A stretch of 64,000 nucleotides of DNA, taken from contig NEEC01000007.1 in assembly GCA_002189035.1 (NCBI GenBank), positions 1,364,001 through 1,428,000 on the forward strand, given 5' to 3'. This document shows, in pieces, positions 1 through 11,206 of the stretch. Origin of the DNA: Utricularia gibba (taxonomy: Eukaryota > Plantae > Magnoliophyta). Both the position numbers and the translations under genes were made by a program. The stretch's first letter is position 1. Each line of letters opens with the position of its first letter. The notes under the pieces were generated by a model. The model saw nothing but the letters and a program-made list of their open reading frames with translations. It was not told the DNA's origin and ran no database searches.

Positions 1-81
1 GGATACGAGGCCGTGAAGGACAAAGCAGGGGAGATGTTCGACTCAGCCAAGGAGACCATGAAGCCTCACGAGGAGCTGTGA
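1..81 (+). CDS. 3' end of a probable LEA (group 3-like) protein, truncated by the window edge
   Basis: Frame 1 reads GYEAVKDKAGEMFDSAKETMKPHEEL*. It has a LEA-type K/A/E/D repeat (AVKDKAGE, SAKE) and is followed by an A/T-rich 3' UTR. Confidence 0.6.
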   Translation, partial: GYEAVKDKAGEMFDSAKETMKPHEEL

Positions 82-452
82 GGAGGAGTTCCACCCCTCT
101 CTTTCCATCACTTTGTTTCTGTTCTTTCAATAAAAAAAAAAAAAAAAAAAAGAAAAATCCACCTGTTGTTGTTCCCTGTCCTTTTTTTCTTAATTTTTCG
201 ATGTGGGATTAGTTATGATCTAATACATAGATTGAGCGGGGAGGGAGGGTGGATGGTCCATGGGGGTTCTTACCCCTAAGGAGGTAACAAAAAAATAATA
301 ATAATTATTCATATTTAAAAAAGAAAAAACATGTAAGAACCCCACTATGTTGTAGGATGTGTTCCACCACTAATTGTACGGATTTCAACCATGGTGCAAT
401 GGGATGAATTGGAAATTTGGTGATAGAAATATTAAAAAATCGATCATCTTTG

Positions 453-470
453 ATATATATATATATATAT
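453..470. repeat. (AT)9 microsatellite
   Basis: atatatatatatatatat read directly. Confidence 0.9.
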
Positions 471-858
471 TTATTTATTTATTTTAAGATATTTTTGCAT
501 TTATTTTTAAAATAGATTTTCAAAAAATGAGAATGTACATTGGCGTTATGTAATTTTAAGAAGAAATTGTATATTGTAAAATGAAAATCACTTTGCAATA
601 ATATACAATTTATAATTCACACAAAAGATTTAATATTCATTCATCCTAGTTCTCGAGATGAAAAATTAGGAAATAAAATTGAAAAAATAATAAAAATAAC
701 ATAGAAAACTCAAAAGGAATAAAATTATTCATTTTATATTCATTTATTATTTTTTAAAATGAAAATTTTACATTTTCATATTTTTTAAAAATAAGAAGTA
801 AATTTGTTTTATAGAAGCGTTCATCATTTAAATGGCCAAACTTTTTATGCTTAGTTTG

Positions 859-1970
859 TTAGGAGTTGAAAGAGGCGCAGTCCCTGCGCACCTGCCCCTG
901 TTTCCCAGTCTTCACTCCAACTCTCCCCAGCTTCGTCATCCCTGCAACGAAGGCTACTGCGAAATCACCTGGTTTCTGGGCGAACCTCATCACCGTCGGG
1001 TTTGAGGCGCGATCCGAGAACAGAACGTCGTCCGATTTGAAGATCCCCATTCTCAGTATCAAATTCTTGTAGTACATGTTGTCGAATGTCTGTGGAGTCA
1101 CGGGATCCATCTGCACGGCGATCCGGGGATCCACCTTCTTGGGACACTGCTGCATCAGCTGCCGCGCGTAGCTCTGGTTCAGGGTGGGGTCTCTCTCCGA
1201 GTACAGCCGATCGGAGATACGATCGCAGTGGGAGAATCCCAGGGTGTGGGCGCCGGAGAGCGCGATCATGTCTGTTCGGGAGAGGTTGTTCTTGGCGAAG
1301 AGTTTGTCCAGCTGGGCCAAATTGAAAGTGGGTTGCGGCAGATTTCGTGCAACCAGAGAGGCTTTCGAGATCATCCCATCTCGTCGTCCTAACTCCACCT
1401 CCCAAGTCGGACCTCCAGTCTGAAGGAATTGAATGGAATCAGTGAATCAAACCTTTGATTCTTACAAGAACTGTCGGTTTTCTTACCAGCGCAACGACGT
1501 CTCTGGCGGCTATGACTAAAATGTCGGCACAGGAAACAATCCCCGGGCACTGCGATTCAACTGCATGCTTCGCCTGGATCACGGTGTCGAAACCGTCGCC
1601 GGCGAGAGAGAGGTTGTCGGGAGCGTCTTTTTCAGCGTCATTGTTTTGGGAGAAAATGAGAACAGAGGCGTCACATCCCTGAAAAACAGGCAGATGGTAA
1701 GCACAAGATCAGATTTTGATAAATGAGTTTTGAATTTTGATCACAAACCGTGACGAAGCAATCATGGAAGAAGAGACGAAGAGTGCCTGGAACTGTAATG
1801 AAAGTTTGGCTCATCTTCGTGACCACAACCTGGCGGACGATTTTCTCAACATTTGGACAAGTAGATTTATAGAAATCCTTCGCGAGGAGCAGTTTCCCTT
1901 CTCCTCTAAATTCCATAAGCACCACGATGAACAAGAACATGAACAGCAGTCTTTTAGAGGAACACTCCAT
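859..1970 (-). CDS. Class III secretory peroxidase (PRX16/51/55/73 group), 3 exons, 324 aa
   Basis: Exons 1970-1749, 1678-1487 (the canonical 192-nt exon 2) and 1419-859, with GT-AG introns of 70 and 67 nt. Motifs: signal peptide, [53 protein letters not shown]. Confidence 0.97.
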
Positions 1971-2509
1971 TATCGCTGCACTTCTGCAACTCCTCCAAAG
2001 GTTCCGAATGAATCATATAAACAAAGAGAGCAAGGTGTCATCATGCAGATAGCTGTTTCTGGGGTGACGTCACTACTGTAAACGCAAAGTTTTCCTAAAA
2101 AACTCGCACCTTTCTGAAAACCAGTGATTCTGGAAAGCTCAGAATGCAGTAAAGATTCAACAACAGCTCACATATAGGTTTATAAATACGGTAGCCTTCG
2201 GCTCCCTCAATAATTTAACAGCTTGGGTTGAACATATTAATTTAAGTGATATCGACACGTGCCTATGACATCCCCTATCTGATCGCCAACACAAAAAGCA
2301 CTCAGTTACATTCTCACAAAGTGTGCAGTGAAAAAGTTTTTTCCCACTCAATATTTGAAGAACATGCGATAGCTTTTTGGAAATAACGAGGAAAGCTAAA
2401 TTCATTTACCTTCGAAACACACGAGTAGGTTTCAAAGGTTTGCAGCAGGCTGCCTGTGATTCTGCATTCATTGCTAGGTCTCGGCAAAGAATGGACTGAA
2501 TTCATGCTC

Positions 2510-4369
2510 TTAGTTCAAGATGCTTTGTCCTCTTCCCGTTTTTAGATGCTTCTCCTTTAACAACTTCCTAACTTCTGCTGCATCAACCCATTTTTCATTA
2601 TAAGCATACATGTTAGACAACAAAATGTAATGGTCTGCATTGCAGGGTTCTAACTGCATCAGTCTCTTTGCTGCAATTTCTCCAAATTCTAAGTTATTCT
2701 GAACCCAGCATGCACCAAGAAAGGCTTTCCAAACATCGGCATCAATAGGCTCAGGTAGATGGCCGATGAACTCCAAGGCTTTATCTAGCTCTCCGATTCG
2801 ACCAAGTAGGTCAATCACAGTTGCAAGATGCTTGGAATTGGGTGATAGTGTATATTCCCTTAACATCTGGATGAATATTTCAGCTCCTTCTTGAACTAGG
2901 CGTGATTGGCTGCATGCTGATAAAAGGGAGAGAAATGACACTTCATTTGGCCTGACAGCTGAATCCTTAATCATCTCACTGAACAATTTTAGTGCGTCGT
3001 TTCCTTTGCCATAGAAGCCATAAGCTGAAAGCATAGCACTCCATGCAACAATATCACGAACTTGCATGTTCATGAAAGTATTAATTGCCCCATCCAAGCT
3101 ACCACATTTTGCATATGATTCTATGAGCGAAGCACTAGTAAAAGAATGATTAGTAAAGCCACATCTCACTGAAAACCCATGATAACACCTTGTGTTTCGA
3201 AGAAAGCCTAGTTCAGAACACGCTGTCAGTGTGCTCACCAAATCAAAAGCATCAGGTCGAAAATTAGAATCTACCATGTCTCGGAAGAATTCAATGGATT
3301 TTTGGGGCATACCATTTCGAACGCATCCACTCAACATAGATGAAAAACAGAAGGCATCTTTTTCAGGCATTGACCTAAAGACCTCAATAGCTTCCTTAGG
3401 ATGAAAACAACTCATGTACATCTCTACTACAGCAGTAGAAACCAGAATGTTTTGGTGAAAACCTTTATACACAGCAAGCTGATGAAGCTGTTTACCCTTG
3501 TTTATGTCGAAAGTAGCTTCGCAGGCTTGTAAAACACTAACAAAACTTATAGCATTGGGCTCGACACCACTAGCTACCATCTCATCAAAAAATTTGAGCG
3601 CATCTCCCGCAAACCCATGATGTGCATGGCAAGCAATGATACAACCCCATGAGATTACATCTCTCTCATTCATCCTGTTAAACAAATTAATAGATGCATT
3701 TCTATATCCCATCTTCCCGTACAAATTTAACAAGGAATTCAGCAAGGGTAAAGAATTTTCAAATGACTCCCTGATCATGTAACCATGAATGCTCCTCCCT
3801 GTTCTCAAGTCCAGCATTTTTGCACAAGCTGATACAAGACTTACTAGTGTAATTGGGTCAACATCCTTTTCCTCCGACATCATTCGAGCAAAAAACTCTA
3901 GAGATTGTTTATGTTGATGGTTTTGCACAAACCCTGAAATAACTGAAGTCCATAGCACAGTATCAGGCTGGGAAAACTCTTCAAACACGCATAACGCATC
4001 ATCCATTTTCCCGCATTTCGAATATAATTTTACTAAAGACGACGCAACAAACAGGTTTCCACCAATCGCATCTGTCTTCAATCCAAACCCATGAATCACC
4101 TTCCCAAAATGAAGTGCTCTCAACTCTGCACAGGCTCTGATGATCATGGACGTCGCGGAAGGCCCTGGCTTTTCGACTAAAAGCAACCCACGGAAAAGAG
4201 ACAAACATTCCCTATACCGACTCTCTCTGTAACAGCTTCTCAAAGCGCATTTCCATGTACTCACATCCGGATGAAGAATTTCATCGAACAGTTTGCGAGT
4301 TACACCAACTCGATCAGCGCCCAAGAAAAATGAGTGCCGTAAATGAGACCCAGTCGAAAATGATACCAT
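2510..4369 (-). CDS. PLS-class PPR protein, E subgroup (At3g01580-like), single exon, 619 aa
   Basis: Uninterrupted ORF with tandem P/L/S motifs (SSLVKLYSKCGKMDDALCVFEE, SLIESYAKCGSLDGA). It has a C-terminal E domain (ADVWKAFLGAC...HYILLSNMYA) and no DYW domain. Confidence 0.93.
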   Translation of the reverse strand: MVSFSTGSHLRHSFFLGADRVGVTRKLFDEILHPDVSTWKCALRSCYRESRYRECLSLFRGLLLVEKPGPSATSMIIRACAELRALHFGKVIHGFGLKTDAIGGNLFVASSLVKLYSKCGKMDDALCVFEEFSQPDTVLWTSVISGFVQNHQHKQSLEFFARMMSEEKDVDPITLVSLVSACAKMLDLRTGRSIHGYMIRESFENSLPLLNSLLNLYGKMGYRNASINLFNRMNERDVISWGCIIACHAHHGFAGDALKFFDEMVASGVEPNAISFVSVLQACEATFDINKGKQLHQLAVYKGFHQNILVSTAVVEMYMSCFHPKEAIEVFRSMPEKDAFCFSSMLSGCVRNGMPQKSIEFFRDMVDSNFRPDAFDLVSTLTACSELGFLRNTRCYHGFSVRCGFTNHSFTSASLIESYAKCGSLDGAINTFMNMQVRDIVAWSAMLSAYGFYGKGNDALKLFSEMIKDSAVRPNEVSFLSLLSACSQSRLVQEGAEIFIQMLREYTLSPNSKHLATVIDLLGRIGELDKALEFIGHLPEPIDADVWKAFLGACWVQNNLEFGEIAAKRLMQLEPCNADHYILLSNMYAYNEKWVDAAEVRKLLKEKHLKTGRGQSILN

Positions 4370-4903
4370 GGAGCTCCCCTATGCATCTTCCATCTTTGCA
4401 TGATTCGAGCAATATGACGAGCACCCCCGTGGCGTCTATGAAATCTGACGAAACTCCACCAACAAATACTGGGGCAAATAGATGTGTTTCCAGAAGTTCC
4501 GCATATTTAACGTTAACCGGGATTTGGGCTGTAATGGGATGGGCCTATATTCGAATTCTATACAAATGAGCCCAAAGTTGGTGGCGCGTGTAGCATTCTT
4601 CTCGGCCTCTGAACTCCAACCGGAAAGTACTGTTTACGGCGGAGTAAACGACCTCCGGTTATCTGTATGTGAATGGCTGGATGCCAAGCTTTGAGGATTT
4701 TGAATCATGAACCGGTAATGTTCTGTTGAATAGTGGTTAAGTGCATTTTTGGATTGACGGTGGAGGTAGTTTTCGGTCTAGAGAAGTTCCAAATTTGGTT
4801 GTCCGGAGGAATTCTGACCGTTGCTTTCCGCCTTTTCCGGTGGCCACCATCCCTACATAAGCTCACCGCCACCCCCACCATTTCTCTCAAAAAAATTTTC
4901 AAT

Positions 4904-5344
4904 ATGGCGAACCGAGTAGTTATTCTGTCTCTCTTCGTCGTCCTCGCCGCAGCCTTCATCGTGGCGGTTTCCGGCCAATCGCCCACCACCTCCCCGTCAG
5001 CGTCTCCTGTTTCTGCCGCCCCATCAGCATCAACCCCCATGGGCAGCGTCTCACCCTCAGGCTCAGCTACACCAGAAGCCTCTCCCGCACCTGAAGCTTC
5101 GACCCCAGAAACTGCAGCAGCACCAACGGAAGCGGCGGCTTCGCCGGAAGAGGAAACGGCTTCATCGCCTGCCACCACGGACGCCCCGACGGCAGCAGCG
5201 CCAACTGCGTCTCCATTACCTGCGGACGCGGGTCCTAGCCCTAGCGAAGCCGTGGCGGACACCCCAAGCGATGGCGGTATCGCCCTGAGGATCTCCACCG
5301 CTGTGTGCGCCACCGCCGGCGCAGCAGGATTCTTCCTCCTCTAA
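4904..5344 (+). CDS. Classical arabinogalactan protein, GPI-anchored (AGP6/AGP11-like), 146 aa
   Basis: Signal peptide MANRVVILSLFVVLAAAFIVAVSG, then Q and a P/A/S/T-rich body with SP/AP/TP dipeptides. The C-terminus SDGG+IALRISTAVCATAGAAGFFLL fits a GPI signal. Confidence 0.93.
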   Translation: MANRVVILSLFVVLAAAFIVAVSGQSPTTSPSASPVSAAPSASTPMGSVSPSGSATPEASPAPEASTPETAAAPTEAAASPEEETASSPATTDAPTAAAPTASPLPADAGPSPSEAVADTPSDGGIALRISTAVCATAGAAGFFLL

Positions 5345-5483
5345 TGAATTCAATGCCTTCGCATCCACTGTAACAATAAAATTGCCTTTTAACCTTTTCA
5401 CATTTTATAATTTATAATTAAAAACAAATTATTATTTTTTTATAAAAATATTTATTGGTGTTTTCAACCATATATATAAATAT

Positions 5484-5504
5484 ATTATTATTATTATTAT
5501 TATT
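5484..5504. repeat. (ATT)7 microsatellite
   Basis: Read directly. Confidence 0.85.
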
Positions 5505-6064
5505 TTTCACCCCATCCGCCTTTGACAACACGGGGCAGTTGCTGGGGAATTCACAGCTTTCCGGCCGCCGGCACCGTCCTTTCAGACAGAGCTTGTTGTG
5601 AGTGGCAAAGCGTAGATCGTTGATCTCACTCCATTTAGTCCCAGAAGGTATCGATGTGGAAGATGATCCAAAAAGTGCTGTCTCATTGCCCATTCTGATG
5701 AAGCATCGGAAATACAAGACGAAAAGAAACCAAAAAATAAAAAATAAAAAATAAAGGTTTTAACAAAAAAGTGCTATGGGTTAGCGCAGAATCTAGCCTG
5801 CATCAGCTAAACCTCCGGCAGACCCGCCGGCGGTTTTAACACAGCCTAGAACGAAAAACACTGTATCAAATACACGGTCACATACAATAGAAAGCATGTA
5901 TGACACAAACGCACTATCCTATACTGTGTGTGTACATATATTGCACATGAAATGACCTCCAAAGTTCATCATCAGAGACAGCCCACAACATGCAAAATAA
6001 ATTCCTTAAGAATGTAGAGTTTCACAGAAGCTATAACGCATGACCAATGGCCGCACTGCACAAG

Positions 6065-7641
6065 CTACACAGTCTCCAAATTTGATTTATCAGATGTTGC
6101 AAGAAGTGGCTCCCTGTTTACCGGGCTAGGAGCTGGAGAACTGGGTTCATTCTTGTGGCGGTAAAGAATATAATGCTGAACCATGAAAAGTATATCGAAG
6201 AAGATAGACACCTGCAGAATCAAGAGATGTGAGAGTTTGAAGACAGAGCAGAAGTTAAAAGTAGGCTGCAGCTAGAGTTGGGTGTTACCAGAGATATCAT
6301 TGTCTTCCCTATGTTTCCATAGAAGTTCACCCATGAGTCTGTAAGCAATAAAAGATTTCTTCAGTTCAGAATATGTTCAGAACTTTGTCGAGTTGAATTT
6401 AGAATAACCCATCTTGTTACTTATCAACATTTACCGACAACTCACTTTGATCTATGGATTGGATAGCCATCTGGAGATAGTTGGTCATCCCCCCAGTGAA
6501 ATCGAGCAAGATATTGCCAATGCTGAACCCAACCGTACTTTTACGGTAAAAGTTTAGGACCGCCTGTGATAAATGGGTGCGACAAAATTAGGCTCAATGT
6601 CTGAGAATAGAACAGGAAAGCCCAAGCAACAATCTCAGAAATCTAAATACCTGAGGAATGTACTTTATAGTAGTCATCACGATTTGAATATAGCTACATT
6701 CAAAACAGGTGAGTGAGAATTATGCAACAATATAGTAATCCATCATCTAAAAAGTGTTACATAAAAGGCAGAAGCCATCTCACTTGAAGATGGTGATCAG
6801 CCATAACCAGGAATGCCGTGGAATGGCTATGAACACACAAACTGCAGCAGCCAACCATATTGCTGAAACAAGCGCTATGCTGATTTTTGATACTTTCTGG
6901 TTTCCACGCTGTGAAAGCAAAGCACATGAAGTTAGAATTGAAACAAGAGACAGTATTTGGAAGTGGTTTCTGCCTAGACCTCAGAACATGACGCATTAAT
7001 AACCAGTATGCCCCAGATTCGAAGAAATTCAAGCTAACACTTCATCGACAAGGATACATCTCTAGACCAATTCCAAGAAAAAGTCAATAGGAGGAGTGTC
7101 ACTTACGTCATAGATGACGATCTGAAACAATGTGAAAGCAGTCAAGAGAACAGCGTGGGCGGAGAAAGCTACATCGTTAGCAGCTACAGGGATAAGCTGC
7201 GATCGAAAGCCCCAAATCAAAAACAAGGAAAAAAGGGTAACTAATGATCGATGTGGAGAATCAAATGCAACAGCAAATAGTGAATAATAAAAAACATCTA
7301 ACCTCTTCAGATCCATATTTCTCTCGGTACTGCCTCTGAGCAGCAGCGCTAAAGAACAGGGTTGCGTTGTAAATAAGATACGATGAGTGCTTCGTCAAAT
7401 TCAGCAACACGAAATCGAAATTCAACCCCACAACGCTGCGAACAGTAGAATCACCGAAAAGAACGTCACTCTCGCGATGAAGGGCAAGTTCCCTAACACG
7501 GCAAGAAAGTTGGAGAACCTACCTTTTCCGGCGGAAATTCAAAATAACTTGCGGGTAAAAGCTGATGGACCAGGAAGCAAACGCCACCCATCCCAAAACT
7601 TGGTACAACACCTCTAGCTGACTGGAATTCCAAGACGCCAT
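6065..7641 (-). CDS. CTNS: Cystinosin homologue (PQ-loop lysosomal/vacuolar cystine transporter), 8 exons
   Basis: Spliced translation runs [40 protein letters not shown]...[15 protein letters not shown]...[30 protein letters not shown]...QHYILY...NLETV*. All introns are GT-AG and in phase. A TATA-like CTATAAAA lies at 7743-7736. Confidence 0.96.
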
Positions 7642-8101
7642 CACAAACTATCTTGCGCCTTTCTTCGACTTTCCCCTTATAATAAAAATCCCCACAACAC
7701 AAGATTCCAGAGACGTAAGCCAGATTCCAATCCGATTTTATAGCTCGATGAAAGATGATCGCGCAAGCATTCCCGGGTAAATACCAGTGGCCAAACTGAG
7801 TGAACTTGGCTGGATTCCCGTCTAGTTCCAGTATTTCCTTTCCGTCTTTTCATAACTACGGGTAAATACAAAACCCCCCTCTTCTTGGATCTTTTCGTGA
7901 GGGTGTATGTGGGCGGCGCTCCTGTTTTCGAGGGTGCACCGGGTCCGCATGGGGTAGCGTTTGATCGCCATTTTCTTGTTTCGAATATTAATAATATGTT
8001 TTTTTTACCATAATTTCAATTTCACATTTAAAAATAAAAATTATTATTATATTCATAAAATTCTAAATAGATATTTGGTATTGTGATTTAAAGGTCCACT
8101 T

Positions 8102-10112
8102 TCAGACGATTCCGCCGAGTAGAACTCCATGAAAGGCTCTCCTCCTGCTCTTGAAAGACTTCCTATTCTTCAGTCTGTTCCGACTGAAAACAATCATCCA
8201 CATCACCGCCACGAAAAGGAACACAGAGACGACCCATAGAGTGATCACTCCAGCTCTCAACGGCGCGGTGGCGTCGGGTGGCGGCGGGGGTAGCTCATGA
8301 TCTGTTGATTCCTTCTGCAAAGAATCTTCGACTTCATCTAGGATCTCTGGATTTGATCCATCTTCTTGCTTCTTAATATCAGCGGGAAGTGTGGGGTGAG
8401 AAGGGTAATGGAGTTCGCTTTTCTCTTGCTTCTCTGCGGAGATGGTGTCACCGTGACGGCATTTCCTTCTCTCGTGGTGCCGGCGTAGGGCTTCATTCAA
8501 GGAGTTGATGCATTGTATGCTGAACAAATCGCGTTGCAGCAACGGGTTACTGGAGGAATCAAGTGTTGTTGCATCCGGAGGATCTGGAAACTCGGAGAAA
8601 CATTTCCCAACCAAGTCTGTGTTCTGCCACATTGTTTTCTTGAACTTGTACTCGCCAACATTGAATCTTGATCCGTAGTGGGCTACCCTGTATTTCACCC
8701 CTGGTTCAGGATCTTTTCCTACGTTTATCATCAGCTCCTTGGCTGCAATATGTCGGAAATTCAACTGCATACAGGAGAATATGGAGAACAGACCAATTAA
8801 GAGCTACTTAAAAACCATGTATAGTACACATTCTTGAAACAACCACAGTAACACTTTCTAGTCCAGCATTGTTCATTGATCAGTTTGAAAAACAAGAACT
8901 TTTCCCTCGTTGCAACAGAGTGCTTCTCCTAATCAATAAAGAGCGAGGGTAAAAAAAGACGTACCTCTGCTGCAGCAAAGGAATAGCCATACTTTGAACT
9001 GAAGCTGCCAGTTTCAGTGGCATCTCCTGTGAGGTTTGCAGACCAGTTGGACGTATCCGCTCTAAGCTGTTCAGTTTTATGAGTCCAAAGCAAAGCGAAT
9101 CGCCTCAGATCCCTCAAGTGCATTATGATCACACCTCCAACTTTGCTACAGGCGTTGGCATTCTTGGTATAGATCTTGGCTAGTTCATTATCACAGCCAA
9201 TCAAGTTTCTAACAAAAAGCGATAGAAGTAAACAGAAGACACACATCCATCAACTTAAATCACTAAGATACTATTGACAAAGGGATCATTACGGGTATGG
9301 CGTAGAAACAGGTGTTCCTTGCCCTGCATTAAAATCCAATGGTAAAATTGGTTCCAGAATCAGCATATCAGCATCCAAAACTATCACATAATCAGCATCA
9401 ATCCTCACATGGTTGACCCAATGAAGAACCGCAGCTGGTTTATTAAGTTCAGGGTACCTGCCAAGTATCCCAATGAACGCAAGTTATTCATCATGTTCAA
9501 GATTCATTCAACCTTTTTCCGTTAAGAGAAATTACAGCTACCAATCTCCAGTTATAGGATGAGTACTCATCGATGGAACATAATGCGTGGGAGCAAGATC
9601 ATGGCCTTTATAGCCCTTCAAATCTTCTTCCGTACAAGTTAGAAGCCTGGTGATATCCCCTGGCTGATTACTTCGATGGAAGCTACGGATGAGAGCAACA
9701 GTCTGCCAATCAAAGTAAGGGGAGCATTCTGCTGAAAATACTGTATGGATTTTCGCCTCATTCTGCAAGATTCGACGGCTGATTTTGTTGCTCAAACTAC
9801 TCTCACTTGCCTCTACGCCCAATCGTTGCCCCTAGAGACGTCCGCCTCCGATACAGTCACCATTTCGTTCGGATCCTACGAAAATGGAATTACTCATCAG
9901 CGCAAGCTGAATCTATTCCCCACGGACATTGAACGAACGATAAATCACACCTTTTCCACAACTTGCTCTTCCTCCTCCAAGTATTCCCGATGCGAAACGC
10001 GTCCGAACATCCGCGAGTGATCAGAGGCCGAGGCGAATCGCACGACATCCACCTTCAACGGCGCCGCAATTAGGGCAGCTGCCACCATAATAAGAACTAT
10101 ATTATCCCTCAT
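8102..10112 (-). CDS. SERGT1: Peptidyl-serine alpha-galactosyltransferase-like (GT96), single-domain form, 5 exons, with one apparent frameshift or alternative acceptor
   Basis: Motifs KIHTVFSAECSPYFDWQT, APTHYVPSMSTHPITGDW-YPELNKP, LDADM, LIGCDNEL, KVGGVIIMH and FPDPP. There is a C-terminal TM segment with a basic tail. Exon 1 (10112-9951) encodes a signal-like N-terminus. Confidence 0.9.
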
Positions 10113-10837
10113 TGTTCAACCGGAATCGCGCCTGAGATTGCTCCTTTGCAGTCAATTCGCCGCCGAGGCGATGGAAAAGCGATCAAGATCGAGTAGCCAA
10201 GGAAGCGGCGGTTGATGTTTTCCCCCGGCTGCATGGCAAAGAGATCCACCCACCCCCACCCACGTCATAAATTGCAAATCAATAAAAAAAGAAATATTAA
10301 TTTCTATAATTCAATTATATAAGTTAATATTACCCCCGGTAGACACACTGAAGTGCGCCTTGAATCATAAAAAAATACACACTTTGTTGAAGCAAATCCC
10401 ACGACCCCGATTACCGAGAAAGGGCATTCGTTTAAATGGCTTCTTTTTTAATTTATTTATAATAGTTCATGTTTTTATTTATCGTTAATTTTATTATTAA
10501 ATACGAATGATTTCTATTATTAAAAATTTGGATTTTGTTTGCTTCTATCTCTAGTAAAATAAAAGTTGGATATTTCAAATTTATTAATAATAAAAAGAAT
10601 TTTCAAAATTTATGTAATTTTATATTTGATAACGAAATTACTATTCTAAACCATATTTATTTGTTGGATATAATGATTTATTAAACATTTGTAAAAACAA
10701 AAATATGAAATTTATCTTCATAATAATAAAATAAATTTGGGTGAAGTGTACAGAAATTTTTATTTCTATTAAATTCACACATAATATTTAATTAATTTTA
10801 TTAGAATCACACACAAGTAAATACAAACTTTGTTTTT

Positions 10838-11206
10838 TCAGGAGAAGGGCACACGGAGGAGTTCGTTCAGAGTGGCGGAAACAGGCGTCGACGGGAAAGA
10901 AACACGATTCAACAGCAGCAGAAACCGAGAAGCCACAGCGGGAAACAGGGAAGTGGGTGGAGTTGCATTTCCTGGCTCAGGGGGGATGAATATGGATTCC
11001 AGGTCCTCCGGGGGGTTGAAGAACTCCCTGGGCGGCTCCCAGCACCGTAGCCACGTCACGCGCCGCTTCTTCGGCGGCGGAGGGCAAGGAAGATGCACCG
11101 GTATTCTCGACTCGCGCGCCGTGGGTGTTGTCGGCGGAGCATCCTTCTCCTCGGCGCCCCCCGGCTTGGAACCCTCCAAGTCTTCGTCTCCGCAGGAAGA
11201 ACTCAT
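10838..11206 (-). CDS. SMR: SIAMESE-RELATED CDK inhibitor (SMR6/7-like)
   Basis: The family motifs occur in order: TTPT, ESRIP, CPPPPKK(RR), EFFNPPEDLESIF. The true 3' end is uncertain (see findings). Confidence 0.9.
   Translation of the reverse strand: MSSSCGDEDLEGSKPGGAEEKDAPPTTPTARESRIPVHLPCPPPPKKRRVTWLRCWEPPREFFNPPEDLESIFIPPEPGNATPPTSLFPAVASRFLLLLNRVSFPSTPVSATLNELLRVPFS

Noticed and set aside
199-209. Exact snRNA upstream sequence element ATCCCACATCG on the minus strand
   Set aside because: There is no TATA at Pol II or Pol III spacing and no snRNA/7SL-like body downstream, and it lies in the LEA 3' region.
4705-5313. Long antisense or alternative-frame ORFs (also 965-1405, 10830-11246, 12085-12453, 12869-13459, 13510-13761)
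   Set aside because: They are shadow ORFs of GC-rich single-exon genes that are already explained.
7040-7060. U12-type donor look-alikes (GTATCCTT at 7057-7050, ATATCCTT at 53113-53106, minus strand)
   Set aside because: Both are internal to ordinary GT-AG introns whose junctions already give the correct frame.
7822-7971. 49-aa ORF (MAIKRYPMRTRC...) upstream of cystinosin as a possible uORF
   Set aside because: It lies upstream of the probable TATA at 7743-7736, so it is probably not in the mRNA, and I recognised no motif.
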